Shown here: in pieces, positions 1 through 9,517 of the stretch
Position numbering within the stretch: position 1 is the first letter of the stretch
How the letters are laid out: each line of letters begins with the position of its first letter
Origin: Actinomycetota bacterium
Lineage (GTDB): Bacteria; Actinomycetota; UBA4738; CALAEC01
Assembly (NCBI GenBank): GCA_050692555.1
Contig: JBOGVS010000010.1
Coordinates: 5,691-69,690 of the forward strand
Length of the DNA stretch: 64,000 bases
Reading direction: 5' to 3'
Made by a program: the position numbers and the translations under genes
The notes under the pieces: model-generated
The model's database searches: none
What the model saw: the letters and a program-made list of their open reading frames with translations, nothing else
Told to the model about the DNA's origin: nothing

Positions 1-1
1 G

Positions 2-301
2 CTGGCCATGGAGGCCGCCCTGAAGAAGGTGGGGCTCTCGGCAAGCGACCTCGGGGTGGTGGAGATCAACGAAGCGTTCGCCGCTGTGGCCCTCAACGCC
101 GCCCGCATGCTCGGCGTCGACCAGGAGATCGTCAACCCCAACGGCGGCGCCGTGGCCCTGGGCCACCCGATCGGGATGAGCGGAGCCCGGTTGGTGCTCA
201 CCACGGCGTACGAGATGCGTCGTCGCGGTGTGGAGTACGGCGGTGCAGCGCTTTGCGGCGGCGGGGGACAGGGCGACGCCCTGATCATCCGCACGCCGTA
301 A
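2..301 (+). CDS. Acetyl-CoA acetyltransferase (thiolase), C-terminal part; truncated by window start
   Basis: EINEAFAA, NPNGGAVALGHPIGMSG and LCGGGGQG thiolase motifs. Confidence 0.93.
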   Translation: MAMEAALKKVGLSASDLGVVEINEAFAAVALNAARMLGVDQEIVNPNGGAVALGHPIGMSGARLVLTTAYEMRRRGVEYGGAALCGGGGQGDALIIRTP

Positions 302-304
302 CCG

Positions 305-1465
305 GTGAGCGGCGAGCCCTTCTCCCTTCCCGAAGAGCTGGAGACGTTCCGCAAGGCCGTCCGGGCGATCTGCGAGGAGCGGGTCGCTCCTCGGGCCGGG
401 GAGATCGACGAAGCCGACGAGTTCCCCCACGACGTCCATCGGACGTTCGTGGAGAACGAGCTCATGGCGGTGGGCTATCCCGAGGAGTACGGGGGGACCG
501 GGGCCCAGTCCCTGGCCTTCGCCGTCCTGATCGAGGAGGTCGCCCGGGTCTCCGCGTCGGCCTCCCTGATCCCGCTGGTCTCCAGGCTGGGGGCCATCCC
601 GGTGATGCTGGCGGGTTCCGAGGACCAGAAGCGGGAGCTGCTGGGAGGCATCGCCCGAGGAGACCATCAGATGTCGTACGCCCTGACGGAGCCGGGGGCC
701 GGATCCGATGCGGCCTCCATGCGCACCAGCTACGAACGAACGGACGGCGGCTTCCGGCTTTCGGGCACGAAGCGGTTCATCACCAACGCCGGGATCTCCG
801 ACCGGTACACGGTGTTCGCCACCGGGAACCCGGAGGAGCGCTCGCGTGCGATCTCCGCATTCGTGGTGCATGCCGACGACCAGGGTTTCTCCGTGGGGAA
901 GTCCGAGAAGAAGATGGGGATCCGAGGCTCGCCAACCCGCGAGGTGTACCTGGACGACGCCACGGTCCCCTCGGATCGGCTGATCGGCCAGGAAGGCCAG
1001 GGGTTCACGTACGCCATGCGGACGCTGGACTACTCCCGTCCGTCCATCGCCGCCCAGGCCCTGGGGATCGCTCAGGGTGCCTTCGAGGCCGCGGCCCGGT
1101 ACGCCACGCAGCGGGAGCAGTTCGGCCAGAAGATCGGAGGGTTCCAGGGGATCCAGTTCCTGCTGGCCGACATGGCCATGGACGTCGAGGCCGCTCGCCT
1201 GCTGACGTACAAGGCGGCCGTGGCATGCGACGTCCAGGACCCTCGGGTGACGTACTTCGCCTCGATCGCCAAGGCCCGGGCCGGGGACGTGGCCATGAAG
1301 GTGACCACCGACGCCGTCCAGGTGCTCGGGGGGTACGGGTACATGCGGGAGTACGGGGTGGAGCGGATGATGCGCGACGCCAAGATCACCCAGATCTACG
1401 AGGGGACCAACCAGATCCAGCGGCTGGTGATCGCCCGGCAGGTCCTCAAGGCCTTCGGCGGATGA
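305..1465 (+). CDS. Acyl-CoA dehydrogenase
   Basis: ALTEPGAGSDA, GTKRFITN, QVLGGYGYMREYGVERMMRDAKITQIYEGTNQIQR motifs. Confidence 0.96.
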   Translation: MSGEPFSLPEELETFRKAVRAICEERVAPRAGEIDEADEFPHDVHRTFVENELMAVGYPEEYGGTGAQSLAFAVLIEEVARVSASASLIPLVSRLGAIPVMLAGSEDQKRELLGGIARGDHQMSYALTEPGAGSDAASMRTSYERTDGGFRLSGTKRFITNAGISDRYTVFATGNPEERSRAISAFVVHADDQGFSVGKSEKKMGIRGSPTREVYLDDATVPSDRLIGQEGQGFTYAMRTLDYSRPSIAAQALGIAQGAFEAAARYATQREQFGQKIGGFQGIQFLLADMAMDVEAARLLTYKAAVACDVQDPRVTYFASIAKARAGDVAMKVTTDAVQVLGGYGYMREYGVERMMRDAKITQIYEGTNQIQRLVIARQVLKAFGG

Positions 1466-1974
1466 GCGGCCATGCCGCTCCCAAGCCGCCATCGGCCTCC
1501 GAGGTGGTGCTCTCTCGCCAGATGGAGATTCCCGACGCCAACCTGGCGGGGAACGTGCACGGCGGCACGGTCATGAAGATGGTGGACACCGCCGCCGGGC
1601 TGGCTGCGGCCAAGCACTGCGGCGGGCTGGCGGTCACCGCGGCCATGGACGAGATGTCGTTCCTCGAGCCCGTGTACCTCGGGGACGTCCTCACCGTGAA
1701 GGCCATGGTCAACGAGGCGTTCTCCTCCTCGATGGAGGTCGGTGTCCGGGTGGAGTCGGAGAACGTCACCTCCGGCCGCCGGGTGCATACCTCGAGCGCG
1801 TATCTGGTGTTCGTTGCGCTGGACGAACACGGCACTCCCCGGCCGGTGCCGCCCGTGGTTGCCGAGACCGAGGAGGAACGGCGGCGTCAGCGGGAGGCCA
1901 AGCTCCGCCGCGAGGCCCGGCTGACCCGCAAGCAAGCCATCGAAGAGGCCCGGAGGGCGAAGGGCGAAGGCTAG
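1462..1974 (+). CDS. Acyl-CoA thioesterase (hotdog fold)
   Basis: DANLAGNVHGGTVMKMVDTAA motif; ATGA overlap with upstream stop at 1462-1465. Confidence 0.92.
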   Translation: MSGHAAPKPPSASEVVLSRQMEIPDANLAGNVHGGTVMKMVDTAAGLAAAKHCGGLAVTAAMDEMSFLEPVYLGDVLTVKAMVNEAFSSSMEVGVRVESENVTSGRRVHTSSAYLVFVALDEHGTPRPVPPVVAETEEERRRQREAKLRREARLTRKQAIEEARRAKGEG

Positions 1975-3911
1975 GTCACTTCGGCCTGGATCTTCTCGAT
2001 GGCGGAGGGGTTCTCCAGGCTGGACAGGTCGCCGGGGTCCTCCCCGAGCACCGTGGCCCGGATGGCCCGGCGGAGGATCTTTGCCGACCGGGTCTTGGGC
2101 AGCTCGTCGACGAACACGATCCGGTCGGGGGTGAACGCCTTGCCCAGGTGCTTGCCAACCTCGGCCTTCAGCTCGGCGATCAGCGCGTCGTCGGTGGCGT
2201 ATCCGGGAACCGTGATGACGAAGCACCAGATCGACTCTCCCTTGACCTCGTGGGGGAGACCGACGGCGGCCGACTCGGCCACCGCCGGATGCTCGGTGAG
2301 GGCCGACTCCACCTCCGCCGGCCCCAGCCGCTTGCCGGCGATGTTCATGGTGTCGTCGGAACGCCCGTGGAGGAACCAGAACCCGTCCTCGTCGATCGAG
2401 GCCCAGTCGCCGTGGACCCACACGTCCGGCCATCTCGACCAGTACGTCTGGAGGTAGCGTTCCGGGTCGCCCCACACCCCTCGGGTCATGGCCGGCCACG
2501 GCTTGGTGCACACCAGCTCCCCCACCTCTCCTCCGGGGACCGCCCGCCCGTCCGGGCCCCACACGTCCACGGCCATGCCCAGCGCGGGTCCCCGGAGGGT
2601 CGTCGGCTTCAGCTCGGTGATCGGGAGCGGCGACAGGAAGCAGGCTCCCACCTCGGTGCCGCCGGAGATGTTGATGATCGGGCACCGTCCGCCGCCGACC
2701 TTCTCCAGGTACCACAGGTACGGCTCGGGATTCCACGGCTCGCCGGTGGAGCCCAGGATCCGCAGCGACGACAGATCATGGCCCTCCACCCACCGGTCGC
2801 CGGCGGGGATCAGCGCCCGGATCAACGTGGGGGAGATCCCCAGCGTGGTGATCCGGTGGCGCTCCACAATGTCCCACACCCGGTCGGGCGCAGGGTGGTT
2901 GGGGGCGCCTTCGTACAGGAACACCGTGGCTCCCAGCGCCCCGGCGCCGACGATCTCCCAGGCCCCCATGATCCATCCGAGGTCGGTGACCCAGAACAGC
3001 GTCTCGTCCCGGTGCAGATCGGTCTGGTAGGCGACCTCTTCGGCGATCTTGACCGTGAAGCCGCCGTGAACGTGGACCGACCCCTTGGGGCGCCCGGTGG
3101 TTCCGCTGGTGTAGGCGATGAACAGCGGGTGCTCGCTGTCGAGGGGGAGGGTCTCGAAACGCGGAGGCTGGTCGGCGGTGAGGTCTTCCCACCGGACGTC
3201 TCGAGGCTCCCGGAACGGGACGTCGTCCCCGGCGAGCCGGGGCCACGTGACCACCCGTTCCACCGTCGGCGAGGCATCGGCCGCCTCGTCCGCGATGGCC
3301 TTCATCCGAACCTCCTGGCCGTGGCGGAGGAAGCCATCGGCGGTCAGCAGGACCCTGGCCCTGGCGTCGTTCAGCCGGGTGGCCACGGCGTCGGCCGCGT
3401 AGCCGGAGAAGATCGGGAGGTAGACCGCCCCCAGCTTGGCGCAGGCCAGCGTGGCGGCCACGGTCTCGGGAGCCATCGGCATGAAGATGCCCACGGCATC
3501 ACCGGGCTGCACGCCGAGGGAGCGGAGCGCTCCCGCCAGCCGGTCGGCCATCTCGCGCAGCTCCCGGTAGGAGACCCGGCGGACCTCACCGGTCTCGCCC
3601 TCCCAGGTCACCGCGATGGCGTCGGGAGTGCGCTGGGCCCACGTGTCGCAGGTCACGTGGGCCAAGTTGATCGTCCCTCCCACGAACCACTTGGCCCAGG
3701 GGATCCCGGCGGAGGTGTCCAGGACCCGCCGGTACGGAGTGAAGAACTCGATCCCCAGGTCCTTCACCACGGCGTCCCAGAACCACTCGATGTCGCCCTG
3801 CGAACGGCCCACGAGGTCCTCGTACGTCTCGATGCCGTGGGTGCGCATGAACCGGGTCACGTTGGCCCGCTGCACGTAATCCTCACTCGGCCGCCACACG
3901 ATGTCGTTCAT
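1971..3911 (-). CDS. Acetate/acyl-CoA ligase (AMP-forming, Acs family)
   Basis: YTSGTTGRPKG, STGEPWNP, GRSDD and LPKTRSAKILRR adenylate-forming motifs. Confidence 0.93.
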   Translation of the reverse strand: MNDIVWRPSEDYVQRANVTRFMRTHGIETYEDLVGRSQGDIEWFWDAVVKDLGIEFFTPYRRVLDTSAGIPWAKWFVGGTINLAHVTCDTWAQRTPDAIAVTWEGETGEVRRVSYRELREMADRLAGALRSLGVQPGDAVGIFMPMAPETVAATLACAKLGAVYLPIFSGYAADAVATRLNDARARVLLTADGFLRHGQEVRMKAIADEAADASPTVERVVTWPRLAGDDVPFREPRDVRWEDLTADQPPRFETLPLDSEHPLFIAYTSGTTGRPKGSVHVHGGFTVKIAEEVAYQTDLHRDETLFWVTDLGWIMGAWEIVGAGALGATVFLYEGAPNHPAPDRVWDIVERHRITTLGISPTLIRALIPAGDRWVEGHDLSSLRILGSTGEPWNPEPYLWYLEKVGGGRCPIINISGGTEVGACFLSPLPITELKPTTLRGPALGMAVDVWGPDGRAVPGGEVGELVCTKPWPAMTRGVWGDPERYLQTYWSRWPDVWVHGDWASIDEDGFWFLHGRSDDTMNIAGKRLGPAEVESALTEHPAVAESAAVGLPHEVKGESIWCFVITVPGYATDDALIAELKAEVGKHLGKAFTPDRIVFVDELPKTRSAKILRRAIRATVLGEDPGDLSSLENPSAIEKIQAEVT

Positions 3912-3934
3912 GCCCCTATACCCTGAGCTCGATC

Positions 3935-5302
3935 ATGACCGACCCCCAGCCTACGACCGTGGAGCGCTGGCGGGCGAGGTTGTCGGCCCGGCGGAGCGCC
4001 TTCGTACAGCGGTGGCCCCGGTTTCGCTCGCCAGCTCTGACCGTGGCCGCCCTGGGGGCCGCCGTGATGTCCACCGCGGCCGTCGGAGGCGTCAACGTGA
4101 TCCTGACCATCGACGAGGGCAGAGACCAGCGCGATGTCCCGGGCCTCAGCGTGGAGTCCGACTTCGCCAACAAACCGCGGAACGTGTTGATCCTGGGCTC
4201 GGACACCAGGGCGGGACTGTCGGAGGAGGAGCAAGCGGCGTTCGGCTCGCCGGAGACGGTGTCCGGGGAGCGCTCGGACACCATCATCCTCATGCACATC
4301 GATCCGCGCCGGGAGAAGGCGGTGATGGTGCACTTCCCCCGGGATCTCCAGGTGGAGATCCCCGGCCACGGCACGGACAAGATCAACGCCGCGTACACCT
4401 ACGGCGGCCCGGGCCTGGTGGTGCGCACCGTGAAGGAGTTCACCGGGCTGCCGATCCACAACTACATGGAGGTCGATCTGGCCGGATTCGAGCGGCTCAT
4501 CGACGTGGTGGGAGGGGTCCGGATGTGCGTGGACCGTCCCCTGTTCGACGAGCTGGCCGGGCTGTCCATCCCCCGGGCCGGCTGCTACACGTTCGACGGA
4601 CGGACGGCCCTGGCATTCGTCCGGGCCCGCCACATCGAAGGGGACCTGATCCCGGACTTCTCCCGGATCACCCGGCAGCAGCAGTTCATGCGGGCCATGA
4701 TGAACAAGATTCTGTCGCTGGGGTCTCTCCTCGACCAGGAGGTGATCGAGGAGGCCGCCCGGCAGGTGACCACGGACACCAGGCTGTCGACCGCCGACCT
4801 GATCTACCTGGGCGCCAGGCTCCGCCAGCTGGCCGAGCGAGACCCTTCCGGGGCTACCAGCCTGGACTTCCGGGTGGTGCCCGGCGCACCCCAGACCCAA
4901 GACGGCATCTCGTACGTGATCGCCGAGCAGCCCGACGCCGACCGGCTGTTCGAGGCCCTGGCCGAGGGCACTGGGCTGGGCTCCATCGGCACCGCTCCGG
5001 TGAACACGGCGATCTCTCCGGCGGTGATCAGGGTGCGGGTCCTGAGCGCCGGACTGACCTCGGAGGCCCAGGAGGCCGGGGGGCTTCTCCGGCGGGCCGG
5101 ATTCATCGTCCTCGAGCAGGGGACCGCGCCGGAGGGCACGACGGAGAGCGAGATCCTGTACGCGCCGGGGAAACGGGACCGGGCCCAGGTGGTGGGAGGG
5201 TACTTCCCCGACTTGCCCCAGGAGGAAGGTTCGGCCAGCATCCTGGGCAACGCGGAGGTCACCGTCGTGGTGGGCGAGGACTTCGAGGGAACCATCGGAT
5301 GA
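3935..5302 (+). CDS. LCP (LytR-CpsA-Psr) family glycopolymer transferase with C-terminal LytR_C-like domain
   Basis: N-terminal TM; NVLILGSDTR, RSDTIIL, FPRDL, KINAAY, ALAFVRARH, DFSRITRQQQF. Confidence 0.93.
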   Translation: MTDPQPTTVERWRARLSARRSAFVQRWPRFRSPALTVAALGAAVMSTAAVGGVNVILTIDEGRDQRDVPGLSVESDFANKPRNVLILGSDTRAGLSEEEQAAFGSPETVSGERSDTIILMHIDPRREKAVMVHFPRDLQVEIPGHGTDKINAAYTYGGPGLVVRTVKEFTGLPIHNYMEVDLAGFERLIDVVGGVRMCVDRPLFDELAGLSIPRAGCYTFDGRTALAFVRARHIEGDLIPDFSRITRQQQFMRAMMNKILSLGSLLDQEVIEEAARQVTTDTRLSTADLIYLGARLRQLAERDPSGATSLDFRVVPGAPQTQDGISYVIAEQPDADRLFEALAEGTGLGSIGTAPVNTAISPAVIRVRVLSAGLTSEAQEAGGLLRRAGFIVLEQGTAPEGTTESEILYAPGKRDRAQVVGGYFPDLPQEEGSASILGNAEVTVVVGEDFEGTIG

Positions 5303-6360
5303 AGGCCCTGATCCTTTCCGGTGGCGAGGGGACCCGGCTCCGGCCCATCACCCACACCAGCGCGAAGCAGCTGATCCCGGTGGCCAACAAGCCGATCCTG
5401 GTCTACGGCCTGGAGGCCATGCGTGACGCCGGGATCCGTGACGTCGGCATCGTGGTGGGGAGCACGGCCGAGGAGGTCGAGACGGCCTGCGGGGATGGAT
5501 CGGCCTGGGGACTCCGGATCACCTACTTGCCGCAGGAGGCCCCGCTCGGGCTGGCCCACGCGGTGAAAGTGTCACGGGACTTCCTGGGCGACGACGAGTT
5601 CGTGATGTACCTGGGCGACAACCTGCTGCTGGAAGGGCTGGGCCCGTTCGTCAAGGAGTTCGAGCGACACACGCCGAACGCGCAGATCTTCCTGGCCCGG
5701 GTGCCGGAGCCGGAGCGGTTCGGCGTGGCGGTGCTGGAGGGGGACCGGGTGGTGCGGCTGGTGGAGAAGCCGAAGGAGCACATCTCCGACCTGGCCCTGG
5801 TCGGCGTGTACCTGTTCGACCGCTCCGTTCACGAAGCCATCGACAGCATCCAGCCGTCCGGGCGCGGTGAGCTGGAGATCACCGACTCCATCCAGGCCAT
5901 GATCGACGGCGGCCGCACGGTACGCGCGGAGATGGTCACGGGCTGGTGGAAGGACACCGGAAAGCTCGAGGACCTCCTGGAGGCCAACCGGATGATGCTC
6001 TCGGTGATGGAGCCGCGGATCGACGGTGAGGTGGACGGGGACTCCCGGCTCGAGGGTCCCGTGGTGGTGGAACGGGGTGCAAAGGTCTCCCGATCGGTGA
6101 TCCGGGGCCCGGCGATCGTGGGTGAAGACTCGCTGGTGGAGGACTCGCTGATCGGACCCTACGCGTCGATCTACTACGGCTGCACGGTCACGGGGAGCGA
6201 GCTCGAGGACTCCATCATCATGGAGCGGTGCCGGATCGCGGACGTCCGGGCCCTGGCGGGATCGTTGCTCGGGAAGGACGTCGAGGTCCGGAGAGGGCGG
6301 ACCCGGCCGGCGATGTACCGGGTGATGCTCGGCGACCAGAGCCAGGTCGAGGTCTTCTAG
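5299..6360 (+). CDS. rmlA: Glucose-1-phosphate thymidylyltransferase (long form with left-handed beta-helix tail)
   Basis: LSGGEGTRLRPITHTSAKQLIPVANKP, QEAPLGLAHAV, WWKDTGK; ATGA overlap with LCP stop. Confidence 0.93.
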   Translation: MKALILSGGEGTRLRPITHTSAKQLIPVANKPILVYGLEAMRDAGIRDVGIVVGSTAEEVETACGDGSAWGLRITYLPQEAPLGLAHAVKVSRDFLGDDEFVMYLGDNLLLEGLGPFVKEFERHTPNAQIFLARVPEPERFGVAVLEGDRVVRLVEKPKEHISDLALVGVYLFDRSVHEAIDSIQPSGRGELEITDSIQAMIDGGRTVRAEMVTGWWKDTGKLEDLLEANRMMLSVMEPRIDGEVDGDSRLEGPVVVERGAKVSRSVIRGPAIVGEDSLVEDSLIGPYASIYYGCTVTGSELEDSIIMERCRIADVRALAGSLLGKDVEVRRGRTRPAMYRVMLGDQSQVEVF

Positions 6361-6367
6361 CCGGCCC

Positions 6368-7513
6368 GTGCGGGTAGCGATCGACGCGCGCCCCGCCGTG
6401 TCCGCCGGCATGACCGGCGTGGGGTTCTACGCCCGGGAGCTGATCCGCCGGCTGCCCGAAGTCGATCCCGGGACCACGTACATCCCCTGGTACCTCAACG
6501 CTCGCCGGGTCGTTCGCCCATGGCGCTGGAGCCGGCGGTTCTTTCCCCAGCGGTCCAATGTCGAGGAGCGGTGGACCCCGTTCCCGGCTACCTGGTTCGA
6601 ACGGCTGTCCCTGAGCGCAGAGCTCCCTCGTCTCGAGTGGCTGCTCCGATTCGACGTCCTCTTCGCGCCAAACTTCGTCCCGCCTCCCACCCGGAGCCAC
6701 CGGCTCGTGGTTACGGTGCACGACCTGGCCTACCGGCGCTTCCCGGAGACGGCTCCACAGGCCACCCGGAGGTGGCTGGGACGGCTGGAGCGGACCCTCG
6801 GTCGGGCCGCCGAGATCATCGCGGTCTCCGAGGCCACGAAACAGGACCTGATCGAGCTGTACGCGGTCGATCCGGGCCGGGTCACGGTGATCCACCACGG
6901 TGTGGACCACGAGCGGTACCGCCCTCCTTCACCCGAGGAGATGGATCGTGTTCGCCTGCGTTTCGGGCTGGACGGACCGTACGTCGTGTTCGTCGGAGGC
7001 ATCGAGCCCCGCAAGAACCTTCCGGCGCTGGGGCGGGCATTCGCCACCGTCGGGGGCGACCTCCGCCTGGTGGTGGCAGGATCGTCGGTGCCGTGGAACC
7101 CGGAGGGCCGGACCGCTCTGGACCGGTCGCTCGGCAGCCTGCCCACCCAGGCCCGGGCCCGGATCGAGTTCACCGGCTACGTGTCCGAACGCGACAAGGT
7201 CGGGCTGCTGGGCGGCGCCGAAGCCCTGGTGTTCCCCTCCCTGTACGAAGGGTTCGGGTTCCCGGTGGTCGAGGCCATGGCCTGCGGAACGCCGGTGCTG
7301 ACCTCGAACGTCTCCTCGCTTCCCGAGATCGCCGGCGACGCGGCCCTCCTGGTGGACCCCCGAGATGAGGAGTCCATCGCCGGGGGGATCCGCCGGGTGG
7401 TCGAGGACGGGGACCTCCGGTCCCGGTTGCGGGAGCGAGGCCTGGCCCGGGCCCAGTCGTTCCGGTGGGAGGAGACCGCTCGCCGCACGGCCGAGGTTCT
7501 CAGAAGAGCCTGA
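6368..7513 (+). CDS. Glycosyltransferase family 4 (GT-B)
   Basis: GGIEPRKN and FPSLYEGFGFPVVEAMACGTPV motifs. Confidence 0.93.
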   Translation: MRVAIDARPAVSAGMTGVGFYARELIRRLPEVDPGTTYIPWYLNARRVVRPWRWSRRFFPQRSNVEERWTPFPATWFERLSLSAELPRLEWLLRFDVLFAPNFVPPPTRSHRLVVTVHDLAYRRFPETAPQATRRWLGRLERTLGRAAEIIAVSEATKQDLIELYAVDPGRVTVIHHGVDHERYRPPSPEEMDRVRLRFGLDGPYVVFVGGIEPRKNLPALGRAFATVGGDLRLVVAGSSVPWNPEGRTALDRSLGSLPTQARARIEFTGYVSERDKVGLLGGAEALVFPSLYEGFGFPVVEAMACGTPVLTSNVSSLPEIAGDAALLVDPRDEESIAGGIRRVVEDGDLRSRLRERGLARAQSFRWEETARRTAEVLRRA

Positions 7514-7594
7514 CCGGGGGGCAGCTCGCTAAAACAGGCGAGAATGCCCTGGTAGACTGCGCGTTACCGCAGGATCGACCCCCCAGGAGCTCCC

Positions 7595-7672
7595 ATGGCA
7601 GACGAGATCGACGGCGTGTGGGTCAAGGAACTGAGCCTCATCCTCTCCAGCTGGGACACCATCTTCAGGTGA
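7595..7672 (+). pseudogene. 25-codon ORF, probable internally deleted dTDP-4-dehydrorhamnose 3,5-epimerase (rmlC remnant)
   Basis: AGGAG at 7585-7589, then ATG: MADEIDGVWVKELSLILSSWDTIFR*. The IDGVxVKxL start resembles short RmlC proteins; it sits directly before rmlB in a cluster with no other rmlC. Confidence 0.55.
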
Positions 7673-7688
7673 TGGTGGTCCGCCGGCC

Positions 7689-8678
7689 ATGAAGGTCCTG
7701 GTCACGGGCGGTGCCGGGTTCATCGGCTCGCACTTCGTCGACGTTCTGCTGGAGGACCCCGGGACGAGCGTCACCGTCCTCGATCGCCTGTCAACTGGGG
7801 GGAGCCGGGCGAACCTCGAGGAGCATGACACGGACCCCCGGTTCACCTTCGTGCAGGGGGACGTGCAGGACCTCGCCACCACGGCCGACCTCGTTCGCAC
7901 CTCGGATGCGGTGATCCACGCCGCCGCCGAGTCACACGTCGACCGGAGCATCGACGAACCCGGCGAGTTCCTGGCCTCCAACGTGATCGGGACCCAGGGG
8001 GTCCTGGAGGCCTGTCGTTCCTCGGAGACCAGGATGCTGATGATCTCCACGGACGAGGTGTACGGGGCCGGTGACCCCGGTGGCGGCCTGTTCGAAGAGG
8101 ACCACGCGCTGGCCCCCCGAAGTCCCTACGCAGCGAGCAAGGCCGCGGCGGACCTCCTCTGCCAGGCCTACGTGACCACGTACGGCGCGAACGTGACCGT
8201 GGTGCGGGGGACGAACGCGTACGGCCCTCGGCAGATCGAGCGAGTGGTCCCCACGTACACCATCGCCGCCCTGGAGGGCCGGCAGATCCCCGTGTACGGG
8301 GAGGGCCGGCAGCGCCGTGAGTTCCTGCACGTCCGGGACTGGGTCCGGGCAGCTCTTCGGGTGCTGGATCGCGGCGAGCCCGGCGTGGTCTACAACATCG
8401 GGGGAGGACACGAGCTGGAGAACCGAGAGCTGGCTCGGAGGATCTGCGCGCTCGCGGGCGCCCCGGAGTCGCTCATCACGTTCGTGGTGGATCGACCGGG
8501 TCACGACTTCCGGTACGGTGTGGCCGCCGAGCGGGTCTCGTCACTCGGCTGGAGTCCGGATATCTCCTTCGATGAGGGGCTGGCGAGCACGGTCGAGTGG
8601 TACAGGGACCACCTGGAGTGGCTCCGCGGCGCCCACGAGACCCCGATCGTCACGGCCCCCCGGAAGGGGTCGGCGTGA
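7689..8678 (+). CDS. rmlB: dTDP-glucose 4,6-dehydratase
   Basis: TGGAGFIGS, AAESHVDRSI, STDEVYG, SPYAASKAA, DRPGHDFRY. Confidence 0.95.
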   Translation: MKVLVTGGAGFIGSHFVDVLLEDPGTSVTVLDRLSTGGSRANLEEHDTDPRFTFVQGDVQDLATTADLVRTSDAVIHAAAESHVDRSIDEPGEFLASNVIGTQGVLEACRSSETRMLMISTDEVYGAGDPGGGLFEEDHALAPRSPYAASKAAADLLCQAYVTTYGANVTVVRGTNAYGPRQIERVVPTYTIAALEGRQIPVYGEGRQRREFLHVRDWVRAALRVLDRGEPGVVYNIGGGHELENRELARRICALAGAPESLITFVVDRPGHDFRYGVAAERVSSLGWSPDISFDEGLASTVEWYRDHLEWLRGAHETPIVTAPRKGSA

Positions 8679-9517
8679 GGATCGTCGTCACGGGCGCCGG
8701 TGGCGGGCTGGGCAGCGCGTTCGTGTCCCGGGTCCCCGGCCGGCACGACCTGCACGCCTTCACCCGGCGCGACCTCGACGTCGCCGATCACCAGGCGGTG
8801 CAGGAACGCATCGTGCCGCTGGAACCGGACGTGGTATTCCACCTGGCCGCGATGACCTCGGTCGACGGATGCGAGACCGACCCGGCCGGGGCGGTGGCCA
8901 CCAACGTGGCCGGGACGTTCAACGTGGCGACGGCCGCTCGCAGGACCGGCGCGCTCCTGGTGGCGCTGTCGACGGACTACGTGTTCGACGGTGAGAAAGG
9001 GGAGCCGTACGACGAACGTGACGAGCCACGGCCGCTGGCGTCCATGTACGCGTGGACGAAGCTGGCGGGGGAGCGCGCGGCCCAGTCAGTGGGGCCCGAT
9101 CTCCTGATCGTCCGTACCGCGTGGGTGTTCGGTTCGGGGAAAGAGTTCATGTCGAACGCGGTCCGGCGGCTGGCCGCCGGCGAGGATGTCGGGGGGATCG
9201 TCGACCAGGTGGGCAGCCCCACCCATGTGGTCGATCTGGCGGAGCGACTCCTTCCTCTGGCCGTCACGGATGTGCGGGGAGTGGTGCACCTCGCGGGCCC
9301 GGAGGCCACAACGTGGCACGACGTCCTCAGCCGGGTGAGAGAGCTGGGGGATCTGGCGGGGGCCGTGCTCGACCAGAAGGCCGACGAGCTCGACCGCCCG
9401 GCGCCCCGCCCGGTGAACTCGTCGCTCACCAGCGTGGTGCTCCCGGGGACCGCCGTCCCTCCGATGCCACCGCTGGACGACTCCCTTCGGAGGGTGCTGG
9501 CCGATGTCGGCGCCTGA
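8675..9517 (+). CDS. rmlD: dTDP-4-dehydrorhamnose reductase
   Basis: GTG start overlapping rmlB stop; GAGGGLG, TSVDGCE, STDYVFDG, YAWTKLAGE, DQVGSPT, RPAPRP. Confidence 0.92.
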   Translation: MRIVVTGAGGGLGSAFVSRVPGRHDLHAFTRRDLDVADHQAVQERIVPLEPDVVFHLAAMTSVDGCETDPAGAVATNVAGTFNVATAARRTGALLVALSTDYVFDGEKGEPYDERDEPRPLASMYAWTKLAGERAAQSVGPDLLIVRTAWVFGSGKEFMSNAVRRLAAGEDVGGIVDQVGSPTHVVDLAERLLPLAVTDVRGVVHLAGPEATTWHDVLSRVRELGDLAGAVLDQKADELDRPAPRPVNSSLTSVVLPGTAVPPMPPLDDSLRRVLADVGA

